Positions 1-8,225 of a DNA stretch of 64,000 nt are shown piece by piece. Position 1 is the stretch's first letter; each line of letters begins with the position of its first letter. Source of the DNA: an uncultured Candidatus Rokubacteria bacterium (GTDB lineage Bacteria; Methylomirabilota; Methylomirabilia; Rokubacteriales; CSP1-6); assembly GCA_963840495.1 (NCBI GenBank), contig CAWIZN010000047.1, forward strand, positions 89,485-153,484. Direction: 5' to 3'. The notes under the pieces were generated by a model, which worked only from the letters and a program-made list of their open reading frames with translations, was not told the DNA's origin and did not search any database. The position numbers were made by a program, and so were the translations under genes.

Positions 1-765
1 CGCTCCGGCACATAGCCCTTGCCACCCTCCATCGGCTTGCCCACCGGAATTGCGGGAATCGTGACCCCCTCGCGCATCTCCCACCACTTGGGCTTCTCGA
101 AGGAGAACGGCGTCTCGCCATTGCCCTCGGTGATCGCTGACCGGGCGGGTCGAGAGGCGGTCATGCGCCTTCCGCGCGGACTGCACCTTGACCTCCGAGC
201 CCCACTCCGCCTCGCCGATGGCCTGACAGACGGCCTCGAGCGAGAGGAACTCCGGCTGGATCTTGGCGAGGGCGCCGAGCACCCGCGCCTCCGTGTGATC
301 CTCCCGGAAGACCCAGAGGCCCGAGAAGGAGGCCTTGGCCGGGATGAGGGCCAGGTTGTACGGCGCCTCCTTCTTGTGGATGTCCTTCAAGAGCTCTTCG
401 GGCTTCTGGAGCGACGTCATCAGCACGGTGCCGTTGGGGACGGTCAGCCTGTTGATCGGCTGGAGGCCATACCAGGCCCAGGACTCGACGCCCTTGGACA
501 GGGTGTCGTCGAGGCAGATGGAGACGTCGACTTCCTTGGGCTCGTAGCGCGCCATGTTCTGCTCGAGCTCTTCCTGACTGTCGGCGACGATGGCGAAGTC
601 CTTGGCCGGGATGCCGTTCCGCTGCGGGCTATCGCCGTAGCGGCCGAAGGCGATGCCCCACCGCCCCGCCTTGCGCGCCGACAACACGATGCCTCGGCAG
701 ATGCGGGCCGCCAGGTTCTTCTGGAAGATCCCGCGGTAGACCACTTCACACGTGAAATGCGCCAT
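1..765 (-). CDS. partial CDS (runs off window), possibly a 2-oxoacid:ferredoxin oxidoreductase gamma-subunit-like protein
   Basis: Own minus-strand translation from ATG 765-763 (absent from the ORF track because there is no stop in the window): MAHFTCEVVYRGIFQKNLAARICRGIVLSARKAGRWGIAFGRYGDSPQRNGIPAKDFAIV... GGGGAGG lies 5 nt upstream (771-777). Natural-looking sequence switches frame near 165-185 (..ITEGNGETPFSFEKPKWWEMREGVTIPAIPVGKPMEGGKGYVPE). The family call rests on loose motif resemblance only. Confidence 0.35.
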   Translation of the reverse strand, partial: MAHFTCEVVYRGIFQKNLAARICRGIVLSARKAGRWGIAFGRYGDSPQRNGIPAKDFAIVADSQEELEQNMARYEPKEVDVSICLDDTLSKGVESWAWYGLQPINRLTVPNGTVLMTSLQKPEELLKDIHKKEAPYNLALIPAKASFSGLWVFREDHTEARVLGALAKIQPEFLSLEAVCQAIGEAEWGSEVKVQSARKAHDRLSTRPVSDHRGQWRDAVLLREAQVVGDARGGHDSRNSGGQADGGWQGLCAGA

Positions 766-885
766 TGCTGCCTCCCCTGATTGTCTGGCCCGAATTGCTT
801 CGCTCGCCCGGATTGCCCTGCTGGTCGACTGGTCGGACCATAAGATGCCGAGACCGGCGTGTCAAGGAAGAAGTCCCCGCGGGGG

Positions 886-1467
886 TCAGCTCCGGCTTTC
901 GCTGACCATCCGCGCGAAGTAGTCGTGCACCTTCGTCTCGTCGGTCAGCTCCGGGTGAAAGGAGGCGACGAGCACCGAGCCCTGGCGGGCCATCACGCAC
1001 TCGTCCCGGTGGTGGGCCAGCGGCGTCACCGCCGGACCCAGCCGCCGGATGCGGGGCGCCCGGATGAACACCATCTTGAGCGGCCCCTGGCCCGCACCGA
1101 GGTCCCCCTCGCCGACCGTCTCGAAGGACTCCTTCTGGCGGCCGTACGCATTGCGCTCCGCCGTGATGTCGATGAGTCCGAGCGAGAACTGGGCGGGACT
1201 CTCGACGTCCCGGGCGAGCAGGATCAGCCCGGCGCAGGTGCCGAAGATGGGCTTGCCCGCCGAATGGAGCTTCTCGAGCGCCGGCACGAACTCCCACGTG
1301 TCGAGCAGCTTGAGGAGGGTCGTGCTCTCCCCCCCGGGCATGATGAGGCCGGCCACCTCGTCGAGCTGACCGGGCATCCGCACCTCGGTCGAGTCGACGC
1401 CGATCCGGTCGAGCGCCTGCCGGTGAAGGGCGAAGTCCCCCTGGAGCGCGAGCACGCCGATCTTCAT
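886..1467 (-). CDS. pdxT: pyridoxal 5'-phosphate synthase glutaminase subunit PdxT
   Basis: ORF 886..1500(-). MKIGVLALQGDF..., GKPIFGTCAGLILL and FHPELT are typical of PdxT. Start moved to ATG 1467, which has AGGAGG 8 nt upstream. Confidence 0.9.
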   Translation of the reverse strand: MKIGVLALQGDFALHRQALDRIGVDSTEVRMPGQLDEVAGLIMPGGESTTLLKLLDTWEFVPALEKLHSAGKPIFGTCAGLILLARDVESPAQFSLGLIDITAERNAYGRQKESFETVGEGDLGAGQGPLKMVFIRAPRIRRLGPAVTPLAHHRDECVMARQGSVLVASFHPELTDETKVHDYFARMVSESRS

Positions 1468-1667
1468 GCCGACCGCACCTCCTAATGTTAAGAACAGCAC
1501 GGCGCCGACCGGCCGTCGCCCGGTCGAGCCGGACGGTCCCGCCCGCCGTCGACGGCAGCGCGACGGCGGGCAGAACGGCTCCGGGCAGGTGATCGGCGGC
1601 CCCGTCGTCCACCGGCACGGGAAGGCCGGCGGGCAGCGCAGTGGGCGCTCGTCGGGTCCATCGGCTC

Positions 1668-2549
1668 CTACCAGCCGCGGGTCTGGAGCAGGTCCGACTC
1701 CTTGAGCTTCGACGTCTCGATGCCGGGCATGGCGTCGCCGAGATCCGCCGAGACCTTGGCGAGCACGTCGGGGTCCTTGTAGTGGGTCGTGGCCTGGACG
1801 ATCGCCCGTGCGCGCACCGAGGGATCTTCCGACTTGAAGATGCCGGAGCCCACGAACACCGCCTGGGCGCCGAGCTGCATCATGAGCGCCGCGTCGGCGG
1901 GCGTCGCGATGCCGCCCGCGGAGAAGTTCGGCACCGGCAGGTGGCCGGCCTTCGCGATCCAGCGGACCAGCTCGTAGGGCGCGCCGAGGTTCTTGGCCTC
2001 CGTCATCATCTCCTCGTCGCCGAGCATCGTGAGCCGCCGGATGCCCGACACGACGGCGCGCATGTGGCGCACGGCCTCGACGATGTTCCCGGAGCCCGCC
2101 TCGCCCTTGGTGCGGATCATCGCCGCGCCTTCGCCGATCCGCCGGAGCGCTTCACCGAGGTCGCGGCAGCCGCACACGAACGGCACCTTGAAGGCGAACT
2201 TGTCGACGTGGAAGTGCTCGTCGGCCGGCGTCAGCACCTCGGACTCGTCGATGAAGTCCACCCCGAGGGACTCGAGGATCTGGGCCTCGACGAAATGGCC
2301 GATCCGGCACTTGGCCATGACCGGAATGGTGACGGTCTTCTGGATCTCCTGGATCTTCTTGACGGGCGACATCCGCGCCACGCCGCCATCCTTCCTGATG
2401 TCGGACGGCACGCGCTCGAGGGCCATGACCGCCACGGCACCCGCGTCCTCGGCGATCTTCGCCTGCTCGGCATTGGTGACGTCCATGATGACGCCGCCCT
2501 TGAGCATCTCCGCCAGTCCGACCTTGAGCCTCAGTGTCCCGACTTCCAT
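1668..2549 (-). CDS. pdxS: pyridoxal 5'-phosphate synthase lyase subunit PdxS
   Basis: ORF 1668..2642(-). ...[37 protein letters not shown]...[18 protein letters not shown]... is unmistakably PdxS. Start moved to ATG 2549 ([11 protein letters not shown]). Confidence 0.95.
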   Translation of the reverse strand: MEVGTLRLKVGLAEMLKGGVIMDVTNAEQAKIAEDAGAVAVMALERVPSDIRKDGGVARMSPVKKIQEIQKTVTIPVMAKCRIGHFVEAQILESLGVDFIDESEVLTPADEHFHVDKFAFKVPFVCGCRDLGEALRRIGEGAAMIRTKGEAGSGNIVEAVRHMRAVVSGIRRLTMLGDEEMMTEAKNLGAPYELVRWIAKAGHLPVPNFSAGGIATPADAALMMQLGAQAVFVGSGIFKSEDPSVRARAIVQATTHYKDPDVLAKVSADLGDAMPGIETSKLKESDLLQTRGW

Positions 2550-3242
2550 GATGGTTGTCCTTTCACGTTGCTGACTGTGGTTGACTTCTCGCGCTGCTGT
2601 TGGGAGAGGCGGAGCTCGAGGTTGGCCCGGACATCGGGCCACTCGCGGTCGAGGATCGAGAAGCAGGCCGTGTCGCGGATGGTGCCGTCCGCGGCGGGCC
2701 GTTGGGCGCGCACGACGCCGTCGAAGCGGGCCCCGAGCCTCAGGATCGCCGCGCGCGATCGCTCATTGCGCGAGTCCGTCATCAGGCTCACGCGGTGGAC
2801 CCGCCATCGATCGAAGGCGTGTGCCAGCATCAGGAGCTTCGCCTCCGTATTGATCGCCGTCCGCTGGACGTCGGCGGCCAGCCAGGTCCAGCCGATCTCC
2901 ACGACGTCGGGCACCTCCTCGCCCCGCTGCAGCGGATGGCCCGGGGGCCAGGGCCAGAACTCGATATTGCCGAACCGTGTCGAGCCGACCACCCGGCCGC
3001 TCACCCTGTCCACCGTGGCGAAGGGCAAGGCCCGCCGCGCCGCCTGCAGCTCGAGCGCGGTCGCGACGTACTGCGCCATCTCGCCCTCGGTGTCCGGCAC
3101 GATCGTGAAGCCGTACGTCTCGCGCGGTCCCCGCGCGGCCGCGACCAGGGCGCCCGACGTGGTCGAGCGACAGGGGCTCGAGCCGCACGTGAGCTCCTTC
3201 GAGCTCCACCGGATGAAGGCCAGCGATCGCGGACGATGTCAT
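2531..3242 (-). CDS. GNAT N-acetyltransferase (RimJ/RimL-like), frameshifted as sequenced
   Basis: The body is ORF 2531..3100(-) (..[15 protein letters not shown]...[29 protein letters not shown]..). The typical N-terminus [29 protein letters not shown] sits in another frame starting at ATG 3242. Removing one G from the GGG at about 3150-3157 restores ..[30 protein letters not shown].. The ATG overlaps the upstream stop (ATGA). Confidence 0.75.
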
Positions 3243-4406
3243 CGGCCCAGCGCCTGGTCGAAGTCGGCCATCAGGTCGTTCACGTCCTCGAGCCCCACGG
3301 AGACGCGCACGAGGCCGGGCCCGATCCCCATCGCCGCCTGCTCCTCCGCGGACACGCGCCGGTGCGAGGTCCGCGTGGGATACGTCCAGGTCGTGGCCAC
3401 GTCCCCGAAGCTCGGCGCGAACTCGAGGAGCCGCGCGCGCGTCATCAAGCCCTCGACCGCGAGCGCGCCGCCGCGGAGATCGAGCGACAGCATCGCGCCC
3501 TGGATCCGGGGCATCAGCCGCCGAGCCAGCGCATGCTGGGGATGGGACGGGAGCCCGGGATGGTAGACGCGCGCGACGGCCGGGTGGCGCTCGAGAAATG
3601 CGGCCAGCGCGAGCGCGCTCGCGGACTGCCGCTCCATGCGCACCGCGAGCGTCCGGGCTCCGCGTGTCGCGAGCCAGGCGTCGAACGGGCCCAGGTTGGT
3701 CCCGGCCCGGATCATGGCGTCGCGCACCCGCGCCATCGCGTCCGCCCGGCCGAGCACCAGCCCCCCCGTCACGTCGCCATGGCCCGAGATGAACTTGGTG
3801 AGGCTGTGCATCACGATGCTCGGCGCCGTGCTCGATGGGCCGGAGGACGGCGGGCGAGGCCATCGAGGCATCCACGATCAGCTCGATGCGGCGCCGGCCG
3901 AGCTCGCCGGCGATGGCGGGCAGGTCGACCAGGCGCAGGAGCGGATTCGAGATCGCCTCGACGAAGACCGCCCGCGTATTGTCGCGGAGCGCCGCCAGGA
4001 TTCCCGCCGCATCGGTCGCATCGACGAAATCGGTGGCGATGCCGAGCCGCCGGCCCTCGTCCGCCAGGAAGGCGGCCGTCGTGCCGTAGAGGTCCCGCGC
4101 GGCGACGACGTGGTCGCCCCGCTCGAAGAGTCCGAAGAGGAGCGCGGTCGTCGCCCCCATGCCCGACGCACAGGCCACCGCCGCCTCGGCGCCCTCGAGC
4201 GCCGCCACGAGGTCCTCGAGCATCGTGTGATTGGCGGTCCCGTAGCGCCCGTAGACGAATCCGGGCTTCTTGTGCTCCCAGACCGACTCCACCGTGTCCA
4301 TGTCCTCGAAGACATACACGTTGGTCTGGTAGATCGGCGCGGTGAGCGGGCGACTCGCGGAGGGCACATCCCGCCCGCCGCGGGCCACGAGCGTCTCGAA
4401 GTTCAT
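3239..4406 (-). CDS. Cys/Met-metabolism PLP-dependent enzyme (cystathionine gamma-synthase/beta-lyase/sulfhydrylase family), frameshifted as sequenced
   Basis: N-terminal half comes from ORF 2763..4406(-) (MNFETLVARGG...YGRYGTANHTMLEDLVAALEGAEAAVACASGMGATT...). C-terminal half comes from ORF 3239..3871(-) (..IVMHSLTKFISGHGDVTGG.. with the PLP lysine). The junction is at about 3818-3822 (..PIEHGA|..IVMHSLTK). Confidence 0.8.
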
Positions 4407-4431
4407 CCCAGCATTCCCCCTCTCCCTGCGG

Positions 4432-5973
4432 CTAGACCAGCGGCACCGCGGACTGCCGGTCGCGGGCGCGGCGCTCGGGCTGCCGCTCCGCCTCGTGAAT
4501 GGTCTCGGCGAGGCGCTTGACCCCCTCGTCGATCTGCCCGACGGGCAGGGCGGAAAAGGACAGCCGGAGCGTGCCTTCTCCGGCGCCGTCCACGAAGAAC
4601 GCCTGTCCGGGCGTGAACGCGACCCCTCGCTCGGCGGCTCGATCGAGCAGGCCGACGGTATTCATGCGCTCCGGCAGCGTGACGAGCAGCGAGAAGCCGC
4701 CTTGCGTTTCCGTCCATTGGACCCCGGGCGGCATCCGGCGCTCGAGGGAGGCGAGCAGCGCATTGCGCCGTCGCCCGTACTCGCGCAGCACCCGCACCTG
4801 GTGGCGATCGAGCAGGCGCTGGCGACAGAAGTGATACACCGCGGCCTGGATGAGCGGGCTGGTGTGGATGTCCGACAGGTCCTTGGCCATCTCGAGCCGA
4901 TCGACCAGCTCGGGCGCCGCCACGATCCAGCCGAGACGCAATCCCGGGAACAGGATCTTCGAGAAGGTCCCGATATAGACGACGAGCCCCGTGCGGTCGA
5001 GCGCCTTCAGCGGAGCCGGGGGCCGTTCGGCGTAGAAGAGGGTGCCGTCGAAGCCATCCTCCACGACGGGGAGCCGGTGGCGCGCCGCCACCTCCAGGAG
5101 CCGCTGCCGCGCGGGCGCCGCCATCGTGAGACCGGTCGGATTGTGGGCGCTGGGCTGGCAGTAGACGAGCTTGGGCGACTGCCGCTCGAGGAGCCGCTCG
5201 AGGGCATCGGCGTCGAGCCCGCCCGACACCATCGGCACGGGCAAGAGCTGGGCGCCGAAGGCGCGAAACACCTGCATCGCGCGCGGATACGACGGCTGCT
5301 CGATGGCCACGAAATCGCCGGGGTCGAGGAGCGTTCGCGCGATGAGGTCGAACCCCTGCTGGGAGCCGTTGACGATGAGGATCTCCTCGGCGCGGGCCTC
5401 GAGACCGAAGCGCAGCAGGTAGCCGGCCAGGAATTCGCGCAGCGGGGGGTAGCCGCGCGCGGGATAGTACTGCAGCAGCTCCCGCCCCTCCTCGCGGATC
5501 ACGCGGTTGAGCACCCGGCGGAAGGCGTCGGTGGGGAAGAGGCCGCTGTCCGGCATGCCCCCCGCGAACGAGATCAGGCCGGGAGCGGGCCGCGGGCCGC
5601 GGCTCCATTCCTGACGCCGGCGCGCGTCCGCCGCGATGACCTGGGCGCTCTTGGACAGGAGGCCGGTCCAGTCGAAGCGCGGCGCGGCCGGGCGGGGCGC
5701 CTCCGCCGCGGGCACCTGGTCTGCCACGAAGGTGCCCTGCCCCACGTGCGCGCGCGCCCACCCCCCCGCCACCAGCTCGTCATAGGCGAGCGCCACCGTC
5801 GTCCGGTTGACGCCGAGGTCCCGCGCCAGCTCGCGGGTCGCGGGCAGCTTGGCGCCGGCTCCCAGGAGGCGCTGGCCGATCAGGCGCTCGATGTGGAGCT
5901 GGATCTGGCGCGCCAGCGGGAGCCGGCCCGCCCGATCCGCCCGCCTGTCAAGGGCAATCCTCATATGGGCCAT
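4432..5973 (-). CDS. MocR/PdxR-type regulator (GntR wHTH plus aminotransferase-like domain)
   Basis: ORF 4432..6072(-). The GntR HTH is ..LPATRELARDLGVNRTTVALAYDELVAGGW.., followed by a fold-type I aminotransferase-like domain (..YIGTFSKILFPGLRLGW..). Start set to ATG 5973 (MAHMRIALD). Confidence 0.85.
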   Translation of the reverse strand: MAHMRIALDRRADRAGRLPLARQIQLHIERLIGQRLLGAGAKLPATRELARDLGVNRTTVALAYDELVAGGWARAHVGQGTFVADQVPAAEAPRPAAPRFDWTGLLSKSAQVIAADARRRQEWSRGPRPAPGLISFAGGMPDSGLFPTDAFRRVLNRVIREEGRELLQYYPARGYPPLREFLAGYLLRFGLEARAEEILIVNGSQQGFDLIARTLLDPGDFVAIEQPSYPRAMQVFRAFGAQLLPVPMVSGGLDADALERLLERQSPKLVYCQPSAHNPTGLTMAAPARQRLLEVAARHRLPVVEDGFDGTLFYAERPPAPLKALDRTGLVVYIGTFSKILFPGLRLGWIVAAPELVDRLEMAKDLSDIHTSPLIQAAVYHFCRQRLLDRHQVRVLREYGRRRNALLASLERRMPPGVQWTETQGGFSLLVTLPERMNTVGLLDRAAERGVAFTPGQAFFVDGAGEGTLRLSFSALPVGQIDEGVKRLAETIHEAERQPERRARDRQSAVPLV

Positions 5974-6029
5974 TTTGGCCACAATTGTATCAGTGTAAAC
6001 CTCCAATTGGATGATTCTTCGCTCATCCA

Positions 6030-6059
6030 TTGACTCCTCGCTCAAGGTCTGGGTATCAT
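6030..6059 (+). promoter_or_regulatory. putative sigma70-type promoter TTGACT-18-TATCAT
   Basis: TTGACT at 6030-6035 and TATCAT at 6054-6059, in the mocR/CHAT-like divergent intergenic region. Read directly from the sequence. Confidence 0.4.
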
Positions 6060-6108
6060 CACCACCCTGCAACGGGCGCCCCCCAGGATCGTGCCAACGA
6101 AGGCCGTG

Positions 6109-6867
6109 ATGGCCGGCCCCGACGCGGGATCAGCCATGCCGGGCCTCATCGTCCTCGAATCGATGTGGAACAAGAAGGGCGGCCTTCTCGACGAGGAGCC
6201 CTCAGTCCTCCCTTACCTCAAGGCGATTTGCCAGTCGATGGCGTGGGAGGGCATCCCCGTCAACCTCGTCTACCGCCGCTTCTACAGCAATTACGATCTC
6301 GGCTTGCTCCTCGAGGAGGTGCGCCGGCGCCGCATCTTCCAGATCTGCTACATCGCCTCGCACGGCCAGCGGCGCAAGCTCGTCGGCTTCGGCGAAAAGG
6401 TGATCCGCCTGGAGAGCCTCATCGAGCACTGCCGCCCGAGTCCGCGCATCGGGTATATCTTCGGCGCCTGCGACTTCGTCACGCCCGACACCGCGCAGAA
6501 GTTCCTCGCCGCCACGTGCGCCCGCTTCGTCGCGGGCTACCAGAAGGCGATCCCCTGGACGGAGTCCATGCTGGTGGACTGCCTGTTTCTCTCCTACCTC
6601 CTCGGCGGCACGATGAAGTGGGTCCGCACCAAGCACGGCGACCGCATCCCGCCGCTCCGCGACCTCGAGGATTTCGAGATCACGCGGTCGCAGAACCCCC
6701 AGAAGGTGGCGGGCCAGCTCTACCGCGACTTCACGCTCTCCCACGACATCACCTTCTCGTGCTTCACGCTCGACCGCGGGCGCGGCCGCAAGCCCGTGCT
6801 CGTCAACTCCTTCGATCAGTACCGGCGAAGCGTCGAGCGGGCGCGCCGCCTCGTGCGCGACATCTAG
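6109..6867 (+). CDS. hypothetical protein with a CHAT/caspase-like His...Cys core
   Basis: ORF 6091..6867(+), GC3-rich. Alternating beta/alpha pattern with ..FQICYIASHGQ.. (His-Gly), then 36 residues later ..IGYIFGACDF.. (Cys), then ..ARFVAGYQKAIPWTESMLVDCLFLSYLL.., which resembles the post-Cys segment of CHAT domains. Start uncertain (GTG 6091, ATG 6109 with GAAGG upstream, or ATG 6136). Confidence 0.5.
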   Translation: MAGPDAGSAMPGLIVLESMWNKKGGLLDEEPSVLPYLKAICQSMAWEGIPVNLVYRRFYSNYDLGLLLEEVRRRRIFQICYIASHGQRRKLVGFGEKVIRLESLIEHCRPSPRIGYIFGACDFVTPDTAQKFLAATCARFVAGYQKAIPWTESMLVDCLFLSYLLGGTMKWVRTKHGDRIPPLRDLEDFEITRSQNPQKVAGQLYRDFTLSHDITFSCFTLDRGRGRKPVLVNSFDQYRRSVERARRLVRDI

Positions 6868-6890
6868 CAAGCTAGGCAGAGGAGGCAGCC

Positions 6891-7076
6891 ATGGCCCTCG
6901 GCGAAGCTCCGATCAAGGCCGCGGTGCGGTGGATCGAGGAGCAGCTTCAGGATCGTCCCGACGCCGACCGCGTCACGCTGGTGGACGAGGCGAGCCGCCG
7001 CTTCGACTTGACGCCGCTCGACGAGGACTTCCTCGTCCGACACATCGCCCAGCGAGGGTCGGACACCAAGAAGTGA
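6891..7076 (+). CDS. small hypothetical protein (61 aa)
   Basis: ORF 6891..7076(+). Strong AGGAGG about 6 nt upstream, 23 nt after the CHAT-like stop. Helical, acidic sequence MALGEAPIKAAVRWIEEQLQDRPDADRVTLVDEASRRFDLTPLDEDFLVRHI.. Confidence 0.5.
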   Translation: MALGEAPIKAAVRWIEEQLQDRPDADRVTLVDEASRRFDLTPLDEDFLVRHIAQRGSDTKK

Positions 7077-7194
7077 CCGACGCCCACACGAGCCGGGTCC
7101 AGGCCCACTTCGGCCGAGCCGCCGACGCCTACGTCGCGAGCGCGGGTCACGCGGGCGGCCCGGATCTCGACCCGTCTCCTGCTGCTTCGGGCGG

Positions 7195-7262
7195 ACCGGG
7201 ACTAGCGCAGGCGGCTGAGCCCGCTGCCGAGGGCGCCGCACCTCCGCGGATGGGCCTTTTCA
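7195..7262 (+). repeat. degenerate half-copy of the long-hairpin repeat (right arm)
   Basis: ggctgagcccgctgccgagggcgccgcacctccgcggatgggcctttt resembles the right arm ..gttgagc..gccgagggcgccaacgaagcagatgggccctt of the other copies. It overlaps the Smr stop. Confidence 0.3.
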
Positions 7263-7561
7263 GCAGCCTGCGTCGGGTCCCTTCAGGATGGCCACCGTGG
7301 CGCCCCAGCCGCCGCGCTCGGCGGGCGCGGTGAAGAACCGCACGACGAGCGGATGACGGGCGAGCAGGCCATGGACGATCGCCCGCTGGACGCCCTTCCC
7401 CCGCCCGTGGATCAGGCGCACCTCCGTGAAGCCTCGCCGGGCCGCCTCGCCGAGATACTCCTCGACGACGGACGGGATGTCCCGGGGCGCGAAGGCGTGC
7501 AGGTCGAGAGCGTCCTCGATGGGCAGGACGACGGGATCTGGTCGTCCATCTCGTCATTCAT
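7260..7561 (-). CDS. Smr domain protein, start region frameshifted as sequenced
   Basis: Own translation: ..DPVVLPIEDALDLHAFAPRDIPSVVEEYLGEAARRGFTEVRLIHGRGKGVQRAIVHGLLARHPLVVRFFTAPAERGGWGATVAILKGPDAGC*, a classic Smr pattern. This frame opens right after a TGA and has no start codon. ATG 7561/7549 (MNDEMDDQ..) lies one frame off, implying an indel at about 7530-7553. Confidence 0.7.
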
Positions 7562-7611
7562 GCCCGCGCCTGCCTCCGCTCATGGACGCCACGGGCGGCG
7601 GCGGATGCCGA

Positions 7612-7640
7612 TTGACAACGCTGCGGAGCCGGCCATAATG
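7612..7640 (+). promoter_or_regulatory. promoter TTGACA-17-ATAATG, leaderless geometry
   Basis: TTGACA at 7612-7617, a 17-nt spacer, ATAATG at 7635-7640, then 6 nt to ATG 7647. Confidence 0.55.
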
Positions 7641-7646
7641 CGGCTC

Positions 7647-8072
7647 ATGACTTCGGACGATCGCGACGTGGGGACCTGGCTTCAGGAGTTCGAAGCGGCG
7701 TGCCGAGCGCGGGACTTCGACACGGCTCGCCGCATGTTCGCGGAAGACGCGCTCGCCTTCGGCACGTGGGCGCGGGCCGTCCATGGCCTGGAGAACGTCG
7801 AGCGCGAGCAGTGGCGGAACGTCTGGCCGCGCATCCGGGAGTTCCGCTTCCAGGAGCAGCCGACGATCCGCGCGGGCGCCGACCTCGCCTGGATCGCCGC
7901 CGAGTGGTCGACCGAGGCCACCGGTGCCGACGGGAAGGCCTTCAAGCGGCCGGGCCGCGGCACCTTCGTCCTCGCCCGTCAGGACGGCCGCTGGCGCTGC
8001 GTCCACAGCCACTTCTCCCTGCTGCCGACCCAGTCGGAAACCGCTCACGGCCGCCTCGCAGACGGCCGATAA
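7647..8072 (+). CDS. SnoaL-like/NTF2-fold (DUF4440-like) protein
   Basis: C-terminal part of ORF 7353..8072(+): MTSDDRDVGTWLQEFEAACRARDFDTARRMFAEDALAFGTW...GTFVLARQDGRWRCVHSHFSLLP. Start set to ATG 7647 because the earlier ATG 7638 lies inside the -10 box. Confidence 0.72.
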   Translation: MTSDDRDVGTWLQEFEAACRARDFDTARRMFAEDALAFGTWARAVHGLENVEREQWRNVWPRIREFRFQEQPTIRAGADLAWIAAEWSTEATGADGKAFKRPGRGTFVLARQDGRWRCVHSHFSLLPTQSETAHGRLADGR

Positions 8073-8176
8073 GGGGCCATCTGCTCGTTGGCGCCCTCGA
8101 CCGGGCGCTCAACGTCGAGCGCTACGCCTCGCGCCCGGCCTTCGGGCGCCGCCTCGCATCTGACCCCTTCTCGGCC
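8068..8176 (-). repeat. long-hairpin intergenic repeat, copy A1 (reverse orientation)
   Basis: gataaggggccatctgc...ggcgccctcgaccgggcgctcaacgt..ctacgcctcgcgcccggccttcgggcgcc..gcatctgaccccttctcgg. Its first bases supply the TAA stop of the SnoaL-like gene. Confidence 0.8.
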
Positions 8177-8195
8177 GCCTGCCGCGCGCGAGCTC

Positions 8196-8218
8196 GGAGG
8201 GGCCTCGAGGCCCCCTCC
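8196..8218. repeat. G5/C5 mini-hairpin module
   Basis: ggaggggcctcgaggccccctcc. The same stem type recurs at 34184-34206, 47055-47075 and 51037-51059. Confidence 0.6.
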
Positions 8219-8225
8219 GGCCGTC

